Positions 9,353 to 22,739 of a stretch of 64,000 nucleotides of DNA are shown here, in pieces; position 1 is the stretch's first letter; each line of letters opens with the position of its first letter. Source of the stretch: Prasinococcaceae sp. CCMP 1430 (lineage: Eukaryota; Plantae; Prasinodermophyta); assembly GCA_013416795.1 (NCBI GenBank), contig RQSC01000757.1:35367-99366 (forward strand), in the 5' to 3' direction. The notes under the pieces are model-generated. The model was not told where the DNA came from. It was given only the letters and a program-made list of their open reading frames with translations, and ran no database searches. The position numbers were made by a program, and so were the translations under genes.

Positions 9353-12300
9353 CTACAGGTTTTCTCTGTCGAGCGCCGTGAGCATCGCGCAGCCGCGCAT
9401 GACCCAGTGGCTCTCGGGCATGGCGCTCGGCAGCCTGATGTTCATCACGAAGTTGGTCGAGTGGCCGGTCGTCATGAGCACGCCGCGGCGGTCCATGGTG
9501 CGGTACAGCGGGCACGTGTAGCTGGGCTTCTCTTCGATGTCGGTGGTCTTCTCGGGACGGAGGTGCATGCACGGCGCGCGGCAGTACAGGACCGCGGGGG
9601 CGCTCTCGCACAGCTGCGAGCCCTCCGGGTCCCAGCCGGCGCCCTCGAGGTACAGACCGTGGATGTGCACGCCGAACTTGGGCGCATCCTTGTACTGCTC
9701 GGGGTCCATGCCGAGCATGTCGAAGTCGTAGGCGACCATGTCGATGGGGATGCGCAACCCGCGCGCGTAGTTCTGCAGACCGGCCGTGAGGAAGGACTGC
9801 ACGAAGAAAAAGGCCGGCAGCCAGTGGATGCTCGGGATGCCCGTCTCGTACCAGTCCTGGAGAGTCTTCAGGCGGCGCAAGAGGTCGTTGACGTAGGCGC
9901 CAAGCGGCATCAGGCTCGGGTACGACACACCCATCCAGAGCGCGGGCACGCCGTTGATCGCCATGCTCGTGAAGGCCGCTTCGATCGTGCTCGACATGAC
10001 CACCGTGCCGTCGATGGCCTTGATCATCTCGCGCAGGCTCGATCGGACGCGCGAGGTGAGCTTGTTGAAGCGCGTCATCTCCTGCGCGAGCACCGTGTTG
10101 AAGGACTCCTCATAGTCCACGGGATACTTGGCCTGCACGGCCTCGATGTCGAAGTCGTCAGGCAGGCGTGATAGAATGTCGACGGCCACGGCGCGCACGG
10201 CAGACTCGGCCGAGCCGCCGCCGCCGCCGCCGCCACCGCCGCCGCCCGACGTGCCGCTCATCTCGAGCAGGCTCGCGAGCGGCGCCTTGGTGTCGTTCGT
10301 GTCCTTGGTAATGTCAGCGTTGGCGTGAAGACCGAAGGCCTCGGGCGCCGGAATCACCGGCAGGGACGATATGTACTCGTCGTAAGCCTCGGCAGGGCCG
10401 GGCGCGATGGCGTAGTACAGCCCGCTCGCGCTCAGCTTGTAGTCAGGGTCGCTGATCACCTTCTCCGAATAGCAATTCGCCAGCAGGCAGTTGAGCAGCC
10501 GCCTGTCCTTGTCGTCGGTCACGCGCCCGCCGTAGTTGCACTCGCCGACCATGTACAGCAGCGCATTGAACGGCACCTCGTCGTTCTCGTCGATGAGCAT
10601 CTTCAGCTGGCGCACCGAGATGCGCAGGTCGCCGTCGTCGAAGCCGTAAGGGATGTTCCAGCCGAGCGGCCCGAACTTGCGGCGCTCCTGGATGACGCCG
10701 TGGAAGAAGCACAGCCCGAAGAGCAGCCGCTTGAAGGGATCGGGCTTGGTGCAGCCCTCGAAGAAGTCCTCGGCCGCGATGGGATCCAGGCCGTACGAGC
10801 GCTTCATGTTGGCGCGCAGGCCACGCGGGGGCTCGTTGACCATCTTGACCGAGTTCTGCAGCACGGCCACCGGGAAGGCCGGGCTCGGATACGACGTGCA
10901 CCACAGGCGGAAGCCCGGATCGATCGCCTCGGGGTCGAAATCCTCAACGATCTGCTCGAGCGTGGGCATCCAGCTTGGCGCCAGATGGCAATTCTGCAGC
11001 ACGACCCACGACCCGTTGCCCGCGGCGTCGCGAATCATCGCCTCGGCCTTGGGCCCCTGGCCCTGGCCAAGCGAGATGGTGCTGACTTTGTCCTCCATTT
11101 CGCGGTCGGCGGCGAACTTGAGGAGCACTGCCGTCGGGTCCGAGCCAGCGCTGAGTACAAACACGAGCGGTGTCGTCGGGCTCGAGTCCGCGTAGCAGCC
11201 GTCGAGGTCGAAGGGCAGCGGCTCGATGAAGCGCTTGCCCAAGGTCTCCTCCACGAAGTCCTGCACGGCGGGCACCACCTTGTCGGGGCGCAGGCATCGC
11301 ACGAGGAGCAGTTTCTTGAAGCTGTTCCACTTGTCGTCGTATCCCGCGGGGAGCGGCGCCGTGTGCGGCAGCTGCGCGGCGAATATGTCGCGGAAGGTGG
11401 ACAGCTCGCGCTTGAACAGGCCAGTGAGGTCGCTGAAGGCCGGGAGCGCGCCCAATCGCACGATCTCCTGCCAGGCGGGTGTCGACAGCCACTCGGCGGC
11501 CGGGTTGGGCTCGTCGACGGCGCCCATCCCACCGGTGAGGAGGAACATCCACTCGTCCTCGCGGACGCGCCCCTCGGCGCCCAGGATGCGCGAGCACAGC
11601 AGGAACGCGAACATGAGCTTGTCCTTCTCAAACAACGAGCGGCACACGTTGACGTAGAGGGCATACGTGAAGTGGTCGTTCACGTGATCAAGGCGTTGGC
11701 CCACGTCGTCGGACATCTCGGCGGCCGCGATGGAGCCGACGAAAAGGTTGACGAACCATGGCAGCGAATACTGGTACATGGGCTCGATGTTGGCCAAATC
11801 CGAAATTGCGAAGAAAAGCACAGCCGTGTACTTGCCGCATGGCGCGTAGTTCTGTCGCGCGGCGTCGATCTCCTTCTCGGTCTGCTCGGCCAGCACCTGC
11901 TTCTCGGCAATCTCGTTGCCAAGCGACTTTGCTTCCGTGATGATGGAGATGGCCGTCTCGTCCTCCAGAATATTGCCCTCCGACGAAGACAGCACGTGCA
12001 GAATCTTGTCTTCAATCTCCTTCAGCTTGCGCGCGTTGGTCGCGCCCTGCACTACCAGCTCGTTCTTCGAAGCCTCTAGGTCTGGGCGTTCCTTGGCAAC
12101 CACCACACCAAGCAGCTGGTCGCTGTGTGTGTGCGCGCGTGCGTGCGTGCGTGCGTGTGTGCAGAGAGAGAGAGAGGGAAAAAAAAGAGGGTGCGCGAGG
12201 GACGAGCGCAAGGGTCAGCAAGGGCCGCAGCGCGCCATGCGGCGCCGCCAAAGGGACGCGTCGGCGGCGCCGGACGAGGTGCGCGCCCGCGCAGGCGCAC

Positions 12301-15300
12301 CTGAGTCCTTCAAGAGTGATGGTGAAATTCAACAGCGACACCTTGACAGCGACCTCGGGCAGGTAGTGCGGGTTCCTGAGCTTCGTCGTGATGTAGAAGC
12401 GGAAGTCGCTCGAGTACTCGATGGTCGAGTCGCCGAGGCGAATGCAGTTGACGCCGCCTGACTTGAAGACTTGCTTGAGCAGCAGTGGCTCGAGCGAGGG
12501 GTCGAGCTCCTCGCCGACGTTCTCGAGCAGCACAGGCAGACCGAACTGGATGGCGTTCTCGAGCGTGCGCAGGTAGCTTCCGCTCGAGTCGAGCTTGATC
12601 ACCTGTAGATTGTTCGGCTTCTCCAGATTCTTGGTCCACTTGTTGGCCTGCCCTTGGGGGTCGATCATAAGCGGCCAGCGGCGCGCGTTGGCCACGATGA
12701 TGCCGTTGTCGATGGAGAACGCGTCGTTGGGTAGGCCAGCGATGGTCCACTCGCGGATCCTCACGGGCTCGCCGAGGCAGCTGCCCAGCGAGAACTTGTC
12801 GGCGGACCCGGCGGGAATGCGGCGCTCGGAGCACATCGCGCACCACTTGGCGGTGATCTCGTTCCGATAGGACGCGGTGAACGCCCCCAGATACGAGATC
12901 ACTCCGGCGGCGACCAGCATGTCGCCGGTGAGCTCGGTGTAGCGCGCGCCGAGCGACTTGGCCGCCTCCGTCCAGCGCGTCTTCTCGCCGCCCAGCCCGC
13001 CGATGAGCTTTTCGGCGCGCTCGAGTTTCACGGTGCAGAGCTCGACCTCCTTCTCCAGATTCTCCTTCTTGTCGACGTTGGTCTCGAGCTCTGCCTCCAT
13101 CGACGCTAGCTTGTCCATCAGCTCTTTCAGCTCCGCCTGCTTCTTCTGCAGCCCTTCCACAACCACAGCATAGCTGGCCTCGGCGGCAGCGAGCTCCTTC
13201 CTCTTGGGCTCGACCACCTTGGCCACTTTGTCGTACACGTCCATCGCGCGCGCCCAGTGGCATATGCCCTCGGCGGCGCTCGAGGCGGACTTCGCGCGCT
13301 CGGGCGTGAAGTTCTCGTCGGTGAGGTAGTTCTCGCGGAACTTCTTCATGACGGACGCGGGGATGTTGTCCTTGTCGTAGTTCTTCAGCATGCCCAGGAA
13401 CTCCTTGTCGTTTAGCAGCTTCAGGCTGGGCCCCCAGAAGTCGGCGACAGTCCTTCCACCGTCGTTCTTGCGATCCGGCTTGACCTGGAGCAGCACGCAC
13501 ACCGCCTCCATGACGAGCTTGATGGCGGCCGGTGGATTCTTGAGGCCGGCAATGTACTTGATGTCGGCGGGTTTGATGGTGTCGAGAGCCTTGAGCGCGG
13601 CTTCGAGTGCGGGCATGGCTTCGGCGAGCGCGCTCTCACACTCATCCTTGATGGCCTTGGCGTCAGCGGCCTGGAGGTTGGCCTCAGCCTCCTCCTTCTG
13701 ACAGATGAGCTTCTTCGGCTCGACGACCTCCTCTTTCTCACGCTCGATCTTGGCGAGGAGCTCCTCCACCTCGCCGACGGTGATGATGAGCTTCGGCTTG
13801 AGCGCCGTCAGCTCCTCCTGCATGCCCGCGACTTGCTCGGCCGAGCTCGCGAGCTTTTCCAGGCCCACCTCGTAGCGCGACTTGAGCTTGGTCGTCTCGT
13901 CGCGCTTGGTGGCCAGCAGCGTCTTGAAGGCGCTGATGAGCTCCAGGTACGAAGTGGGCGTCACGTAGTTGTGGCGGCCGGTCGCCTCGAGGAACCTCGC
14001 GCTCTGATCCTGGACGGTCTGATGAAAGAACTTGCAGCTCTCCACGAGCTCGGGGCGCATACTCTCGGGCAGGTCCATATCCTTGAGGAACATCCTCGCG
14101 ACGGCCTCGAGCGCGTCCGACGGCCACGCGGTAAACCAGTCGATCGTGCAGCAGTTGACCAGGCTGGGAAACTGGCGCAGGCGGTCGCGGAAGGCCGCGC
14201 CGATGGGGCTCATGCAAAACATGACGTGGAAGTTGGCGCGGCAGCGCGCGACGAAGTAGCCCCACAGCTCTAGCTGCGTCTCGAGCGCAAGGCCTTCCTT
14301 AGCGCTGGCCGCGCGTGCCATCTCGATGATCGCCATCTTCTGATCGCTCGGGAACAGGTTCGGGATCTCGCCGGAGTTCAGCACTGCGTTGATCTCCTCC
14401 ACCATCGATTCGAACTTGATGTTGGTGTCGCTGAAGAGGAAGACCGTGTTCACGCCCTCGCCGCCGGCGCGCGTGAGCATGCGCTGCATGTCCTCGTGCC
14501 AGTCGTTCATGCTGTAACTCTTTGAGATCTCCACCTGCTGAACCTCCATGCCCATGATGAACGCCGCCAGCTTGGTGAGCGACTGGCGCCCTGAGCCGCC
14601 GACGCCAACGAGCAGCATCGAGCCACCAGGCTGCTGCAGCAGCCGGCAGATGCGTGAGACGTGCTCCGCGGCGAACAGGAAGATGGCCAGGTTCATCGGA
14701 CGCTTGGAGAGGCCGTTGAAGTCGGCCAGGTATTCCTCCATGGTGGACAGCGCCAGCGGGATGTCTTGCACCTCGGCGTACTTGCGCTCGTGTGGCTCGA
14801 GGTCGGGCGTCATGTACGAGCCGAAGAAGACGGAGCGCACGGCCTCGCGGTCGAGCGACCCGCCGGCGTCGTCCTCGCCCCCGCCGGTGATGTGCGAGAA
14901 CGCAGCCGCCGCGCCGACCCCAAAGTGCGCCGCGGAGAGCTCCTCTAGGTTGCCTAGCAGCCAATCGCGGTCGGCGTCGTCCGTCAGGCGGTCGAAGAAC
15001 ACGCGCGAGGACTCGTGCAGCCACAGGCGCGCCATGGCTGTCTTGCGCGCGCTGCTGTTGTCCCCCGCCAGCTCGCCGGGGCCCATGAGCATGACCCCCT
15101 GCACGACGCGCGCGAAGTCACGCAGGCTGAATACGTAGTGCGACTTGGACGGCGTGGAAAGCAAGTGCGCCATCGAGCGCCCGTACACCTGCAGCGTCGC
15201 GTCAACAATCGCACCAGAGAGCGCAGCGACGTCCGCGGGAAAGTCGTGGTTCACCGTGAAGTGATAGTCGAGGATCGACTTGAAAATGCGCATGAGGGTG

Positions 15301-18300
15301 GCGTCCGTCACGTCCGACAGCCCCACGATGTTGAAGTGGCGCAGGAAGCGAGGCGTGACAGGGTTGCGGCCGCCGCCAGGAGGGCCCATCGCGCAGACCA
15401 GCTGCACGTCCTGCAGGAGTTTGAACTCGTTGTCGGTGCCGTACCATCCGTGGTAGTCCGCAAATTGGCGAAGCAGCTCGACGGGCGGCTGCGCGCCGTA
15501 CTCCTCGAGCGTGGGCATGTTGAGGTCGTCGACGAAGACGATCGCGCGCTTGCCCATCGGCGGGCCGATGACGCCCTTGCGGCGCTTGTCGAGGCGGCCG
15601 TCCACCTGCTCCTGCGTCATGCGCGCGGACGTGCGTGCCGAGAAGGCCACGATGATCGGCATGAAGCTGTCGCTCGGCAAACCCTTGACGAGGTGCCGCG
15701 TGACATACACGGACTTGCCCGTGCCGCTCGGCCCGCACAGGAGGACGGGCATCTGGCGCTGGATGCACGCGTCCAGCAGGAAGGTGTACCGCGCGCTGTC
15801 GTCGGTCGGGATGATGATCGAGCCGAATGGCGTGCCTTTGGGGATGGGCGCGTCCTCCAGCGTGGAGTTCCACGTGACCCACGCGACCTTTTCGAGGTCG
15901 TATACGAAGTCGTAGACAGTCCCGTCCGTGGGCACCATGTCGCACGCCAGGTTGGGGGGATCAGCTGGCACGAGCGATTTGTAGTCTTCCGCGAGCACGC
16001 CGCCGACCAGCTCGCGCACGAAGGCATCGAAGGCTTCGCGCCCCTCGGCGAGACCCGTGCAGCCCACGCTCCAAACGAGTGAGAACAGGAACCACGCGTC
16101 GAGCGCCTGCGCGGTGCCAGCGGGCTGGTCCTCCTCGGTGGGTTCCCTCATCCTGGGCGATGCGCCGCCGCCGTCCTCGCCTTCCTCTTCGCCCTGAGCT
16201 GCCACGTCGCCGTCTTCATCGTCATCGGCGGCCATGGCATTCCGCAGCGGCTCGATGAGGCACGTGAAGATGTTCATCGCTGAGCGGGCGAGGTTGGTAT
16301 CCATGGTGGGAAGCATCTCCTTGATGCTGCGGCGCACGAAGCGGAGCGACGCGGGCATCACCCATTCGAATAGCCGGCCGACGCGCTCGCACTGCGCCTT
16401 GGTGAGGGTCGCCTCGAGCGTGCCCAGCCAGCTCGTGAGCAGGGGCCGCCAGCCCAGCTGGTGAGGCTCGAGGTACACCATGCCGCAACGGCTAACGGTC
16501 GCGGGCGACGCCACCGCCAGGTCGCCCACCTCGAACATCATCGTCATGGGATCGCTCATCTGGATGATCTCTGACGACGGGAGGCAGAGCTTCTTGTTGT
16601 CATCGAGCACCGTGTTCATGTTTTCGATCCAGATGGCGTCGACTGGGCCGTCCATGACCATCCACTTCCGGTCGGGCGACGGGTCCGAGCTCAGCTGGCG
16701 GAAGTATACCGCCAGGCAGCCGTCCATCCACTCCTGCGTGATGGCGTCGGCCTCGCCGTAGAGGCGGCCGAGCGTGACGGACTTGGGGTTGATGAAACGG
16801 CAGTGCACAGGCACCTCGTCGCCCTGGCCGGCCTTGGCCATGTCGGTGAGTGCGCCGCTGAGGACCTTGATGGCCGCGCTCTTCCCGCTGAAGGGCTGTC
16901 CTACGAGCATGAGGCCATGGCGCACCTGCACCATCTCGTAGAGCTCGCGCGACTTCGTAAGGAAGTACTCGGTAGGCTGCAGGTTGTGCTTGGCGCAGTT
17001 GGCGCAGAGCGCGGCATCCAGGTCGGTGTAGTCGGGCTCGGGAAGCTCGATGCCGACGAAGAGGTCGCTCGTGATGCCCGTAAACAGGTCGACGTCCTGG
17101 GAGAGGAACTTGCACAGGTTGACGTCCACGATGGAGCGCAGCATGAGCACGAACTCATCCTCCTCAGGGAAGCGCCGCTTTAGGTTTCCCGCCGCGCGCA
17201 GCACCGCCATCACCGCGCGCATGCCGTAGTCGTAGTGGTCCTGCGAGGACAGCTGCTCGGAGCAGAGGCGGTAGGTGGCCACGATCTTTCGCGCGTTGTC
17301 GCGCGCCTGGAGGTAGCCAAAGGAGTATAGCAGGATCTCGGCGATCATCGCGTAGTCGGGCACCATCATGGCCACCGTGCGGAAGAGCGCCTTCAGGTTG
17401 TCCGGCAGCTCCGAGCGGCCGGCGTAGCCGGGGTTCATCGTGATGAACGCGTTGGCGCTGGGCTTGAGCGTGAGGTGCGAGCCCTCGAAGTAAAACTTCG
17501 TCACTTTGTTTCGCTTGGCGATCTGCAGCTCGAGCACTTGCTGGGCCACCACGCTGAGGACTTCCAAGTTGATGCGGTTGAATTCGTCAAAGCACGCCCA
17601 CGCGCCGCTCGACGCCAGCCCCTTGAAGAACTTGCCCATTGCGATGTAGTCGAGCGTGTCGGAGCAGTTGAAGACGACACACTGTCTGGCGAGCGCCTTG
17701 GCGAGGTCCTTAGTTGTCTCGGTTTTGCCAGTCCCTGCGGGGCCCTCCGGCGCGCCGCCCATGCCGAGGTGGATTGCCCCTATCAGGGTGCGGTAGCAGC
17801 GGTCGGTAAGCGGCGTGATCACCAGCCGGCTGCTGTTGCCCAAGTACTCGTAGCCGTACTCGACCTCGGCGTTCATCATTCGGATCATGCACGTCTTCTC
17901 GCTATCCTCGTCCTCGGCGTCGAGCGCCTCCCAGTACATGCGCAGCTGGCTGAGCCAGGTGAAGTCGCCGGTGCTGTCCACACCTTCCTTGACCATGGCG
18001 GCCACCACGTCGCGCGCGTGCACGTCCATGACGACGAGGGCCGAGAGCGTCTTGCGGTTGAGCTTCGAGAGGTTGCCGCGCACCAGGCTGACGATGTCGC
18101 TCAGCTGGCTCGTATTCGCCTTCTCGAAGTCGGCCAGATCGCCACTCTCGATGGCCTCGATGCAGCCGCTCGTCCAATAGATGGCCGTGCCGACGAGCAC
18201 CACCTGGCCTGGCCAGTTGAGCACCCAGTCCTCGCGCTTGTCGCTTGCGTACGCGGCGATCCCTTTGGCGACCTCCTCCTGGCACGCGGCGAACATCCCC

Positions 18301-21300
18301 TCTTCGACCTCCAGCAGCCACTTCTCGACGGCGCCGCGCGCAGCAGCCGGGTTGATCGTCTCCTTGAGCGGGAAGCGCTCCTTCTCGGCCGACTCCATCG
18401 CGTAGATGAGCTCGTCCTCCTCGCCGAACTCGAGTGTGGCGATGCCCTCGAAGCACTTCTTCAGATGCGGCTGCACACGCTTGGGGTCCTTCGTCTCCGA
18501 GAGAATCTCGAGCATCTCGTCGTTCGACAGGAAGAAGAAGCGAGGGAAGGCGACCCGCTTGACCTCGAGGTATGATGCGAGGCCGCTCTTAATCTTGTCG
18601 AGCAGCTGGTTGGCCTCTTCGAGGCGCGCCAGGCGCTCCTTGTCCCTGGCGATGGTGATACACTCGGGCTTCTGGTTGGTCTTGCGCATGACGTCACGCC
18701 AGATGGCGTCAACCGTCTGGAACATGGCACCCTCCTCCGGAAGCTGCTGCACGATGTCTTCGGAGCCGAAAATAGGCTCCAGGTACTGCCACGTCTTCTG
18801 GCAGGCCAGCCACTGGTCGATCATGTCCTGTAGCGTCTGCAGAATGCCCTCCCAGCTGGACGCCCGCGCCTCGAATGGCTTGATGAAGGGACTCGCGCGC
18901 ATTGACATCACGCGCACGATCTGGTCGTCGAGCACCAGCTGGACCTCGTCCACGCCGCCGATGATGAAGGTGCCGGTGTCCTTGTATTCGATCACGCGGA
19001 AGCACACGCCGTCCCAGTCGAGCTGCATCTTCTCGAGCGCCTTCTCGAGTGAGTGCTCCTTTGAAGCGTTGGTCGATACGCGCTGTACCTGCTCGAGCTT
19101 GTCCATGATGCCCTGCCCAACGAGGTCGTTGATGCTGAAAGCGTGACCCTTTTTATAGGTGCCGCCGATGATCGCGAAGATCGACTCCCAGTGGCGGTCG
19201 CACAGCGCAGGGTTCGCGAGCTCTTCGATGAGGGGCATGTTGGGCTTGAAGTCTTCGATGGCGTTCTTGAGGCGGAAGACCACGGAGTCGTCGCGGTTGG
19301 CCTTGGACATCTTGTAGGTCGTCTTGGTGTACGAGGCAACCGTGTCGGCGACCTGCGCGATCTCTAGCGCGATCACGCTGCCCGTCGTCCACGTTTTCGC
19401 GTGCTCCTCCCACTCGCGCATCGACTTCCACACGTCGTAGCGCGCCTTGCACTCCTTCTCGGTCAGCGCGAGATTCGAGAAGTCGTCGGGCGGCATGTTG
19501 AAGAGCCGCTGGTAGTCTGCGAAGACCTCCGCGCGCGCTTTGGTGGTGGCTAGGAGTTCAAGGAGGCCCTCGAGATCCGCGCACACCTCGACGGCGTCGG
19601 CCTCGGGGTCCACGTAGATGCCGCTGTGCAGGTTGCCCAGCACCGCGAGCATCTCCTCGTTCGTCGCGTTGATGTTCTTGTCAAGTGTGGCCATCATGCC
19701 TTGCTTACGCTCGCCGATGAATGCCTCGGCCCCTGCCAGGGCCGTTGTGAAGTCGCCAATGGCCTCGTGCAGGTCGTCGAGCTTCACCTGATCGGCGGTG
19801 GGCACCTTCATGTCGACGCCCGCCAGCAGGGCGTACATCTCGTCCACCGACGCTGCCTTGGCCATGAAGGCCTTCTGACCGGTCACCATGTCGGTGTTGA
19901 GCTCCGAAAAGTCTACGAACTCGTCGAGGGTCTCCGGGCGGTCCGACAGCAGGCGCGAACGCTCACGGAACGCCTCGAGCCCTTCGATCGTCGCGTCGCG
20001 GGCCGCGCCGAGAAGGAAACCCTTGACGTCGTCGAGCGTGCGCGTGGTCATCGGAATGAGCTCGTTGCGAAGGCTCTTCGAGTCGACGTGGAGCGCGCCG
20101 AGCACGTGGCCGGTGCGCATGCGCTCGAGGTCGTTGCGCCAGTTGCACTGGCGCTGCAGGTCGGCACGGAAGGTGGCCACGGTGTGCGTCTCGGCGGAGT
20201 ACGCCTCGAAGTCCCACGATGTGCCAAAGTCGTGGATGGGCCTGTGCTCGTCGAAGTTTTTGACGTACTCCGAGGCAGCCGCGAAGTCGGCAGTGATCGC
20301 GTCGTCTATCCTCGAGCGCAGCCCGCTGAAGTACTCGGTCGAGCGGATGACGGACACGGGGTTCATGCCCTGGGACTTCCCGCTGAGGAAGTGCGAAAAG
20401 GAGCGCATGAAGAGCAGGCGCGGCACGGCTTGCACAGTGGCAATCATGCCCTCGATGGCATTCGAGCTGAGGACCTCGCGCACCTCGCCCGCGTCGGGCG
20501 CGAACTTGATCGCGTCTTCGGTGAACGAGATGGTCGTCTGGAAAACTCCCTTCGTGACCTTCTCGGTGGCCTTCATGCGCGAGTTCTCCAGCACCTCCAG
20601 CAGGCGCTCCGCCGTGTGTATCGCCTGGCCTACGAGGCCCTCCACCAGCATGTAGTCCACCAGCCGGATGAAGTCGCCGAGCATGTCGGCCTCCTCGGAC
20701 ACGCGCCGGTACGTCTGCACGCGCTCGATCTTTTCCTGCTTGATCGACACCATCGAGCGATTCTTCTCCGCGGCGCGCCCGGGGTGCAGGCTGACGCCCG
20801 TGAAGTCCTCGAGCTCGCTCTCGTTGCGGATGGACTCCTTGTAGAGCTTGGCCTGCTTGACCGCCTCGTGGCACACCTTCTCCACGCAGTGCTGGATGCG
20901 CTCGACGGTCGCCTCGAGCGCGGGCGTCGCTCGGAGCGAGCGCTGATTCACCTGGAGCTCAGAGAACTCGCCCAGATTGTATAGCCGCCCCTCAGCGATG
21001 GCCATCATCTTCACCTCGGAGAGCTCGTGCACGTAGCCGCAGAGCTCCATGAGCGCCGGACAGAACGTCGGCTTGGCTAGGAAGAGCTTGCGCTTCAGCT
21101 TGTTGCGCACCTGCGAGAAGAGCTTGCGCCGCACGGCCTTTCGCCAGTGCTGGAAGCGCTTGTACACCAGGTAGTGCCTGAAGAAGCGCATGCGCCTGAG
21201 CACATTGAAGATGGACTTGTGTCGCATCCACTCGCCCAGCTGTGTGAACTCGCTCTGCTCCCCCGGCCTGATGTGCACCACACCCGAGGCGCTCATTGTG

Positions 21301-21630
21301 AAATACTCGCCGCCGTGCGCCTCCTCGCGCGTCGTCGCCACAAGGTCGTAGGGGCGAAACTCGAGTCCCGTCTGTGCTGGCAGGCAGTAGAAGAACTTGA
21401 CGCCGGTGTGTTGGCCGCGGCGGGCGTAGAACTCCACGACGTCGTCGCCCGTGCGCACCTCCGGCGGTTCGTCCTCGACGGCATCGCTGTCAAAGTGCGA
21501 GCGGTCCGCCGCTGCAGCGGCCGCCGCCGCCGAGGCCGATGCGTATGTGTCGGTGGCCGAGCGCGAGCCAATCGCCGGCAGCCGCGGCACCGACGCGGCC
21601 GGGCCCGCGGCCGCCTTCAGCTCCTTGGCG
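9353..21630 (-). CDS. Axonemal inner-arm (single-headed) dynein heavy chain; exons >21630-12301 and 12122-9353; 5' end in the gap
   Basis: AAA1 GPAGTGKTETTKDL with WACFDEFNRI; AAA2 GQPFSGKS; AAA3 GPSGTGKS; AAA4 GVGGSGRQS; stalk/MTBD, AAA5-6 and C-terminal TTGHSTNF. The phase-2 intron restores EGLSDQLLG. Confidence 0.97.
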
Positions 21631-22284
21631 NNNNNNNNNNNNNNNNNNNNNNNNNNNNNNNNNNNNNNNNNNNNNNNNNNNNNNNNNNNNNNNNNNNNNN
21701 NNNNNNNNNNNNNNNNNNNNNNNNNNNNNNNNNNNNNNNNNNNNNNNNNNNNNNNNNNNNNNNNNNNNNNNNNNNNNNNNNNNNNNNNNNNNNNNNNNNN
21801 NNNNNNNNNNNNNNNNNNNNNNNNNNNNNNNNNNNNNNNNNNNNNNNNNNNNNNNNNNNNNNNNNNNNNNNNNNNNNNNNNNNNNNNNNNNNNNNNNNNN
21901 NNNNNNNNNNNNNNNNNNNNNNNNNNNNNNNNNNNNNNNNNNNNNNNNNNNNNNNNNNNNNNNNNNNNNNNNNNNNNNNNNNNNNNNNNNNNNNNNNNNN
22001 NNNNNNNNNNNNNNNNNNNNNNNNNNNNNNNNNNNNNNNNNNNNNNNNNNNNNNNNNNNNNNNNNNNNNNNNNNNNNNNNNNNNNNNNNNNNNNNNNNNN
22101 NNNNNNNNNNNNNNNNNNNNNNNNNNNNNNNNNNNNNNNNNNNNNNNNNNNNNNNNNNNNNNNNNNNNNNNNNNNNNNNNNNNNNNNNNNNNNNNNNNNN
22201 NNNNNNNNNNNNNNNNNNNNNNNNNNNNNNNNNNNNNNNNNNNNNNNNNNNNNNNNNNNNNNNNNNNNNNNNNNNNNNNNNNNN

Positions 22285-22603
22285 CGAGCGCGCGGCGCCG
22301 GCGAGCGCGGCCGCCGCGCGGCGGCGCAACCTGAAGTACCTGGCGCCCCCCAAGGACTCCAAGCAGGCCAAGTACCACCGCAAGCGCACGGAGGGCTTCG
22401 TCAAGCGCTACGAGAAGGTGGCGAGCGCGCGTGCGAAACGTATGAAGCCCAGGGCGGACGGCGACGAGGAGGCCGAAGAGAGCGAGGACGACGAGGAGGG
22501 CGACCTCTTCGGCGCGGCGGGGGGGAGCGACGAGGACGGCAGCGACAGCGACGGTGACGACGGCGCGGCGGGCGTGAGCGGGGCCATGGCACTGTTCGAC
22601 AAG
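22285..22603 (+). CDS. Exon fragment of an unknown protein (basic segment then acidic D/E-rich segment); 5' end in the gap
   Basis: Coding-like RRRNLKYLAPPKDSKQAKYHRKRTEGFVKRYEK..EEAEESEDDEE ending at an AAG|GTGCGC donor. Family not recognised. Confidence 0.5.
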
Positions 22604-22739
22604 GTGCGCGCGCCGCGCGGCGCGCGCGGGCGCGCGCCCGCGGCGAGCACGCCCGTCGGAGGCGACGCAGTCGGGGCGTCACGGTTACAGTACTGTACAC
22701 GACGGGCACGGAGAGGCGCCCAGGCTCGCCGCAGGCGAC

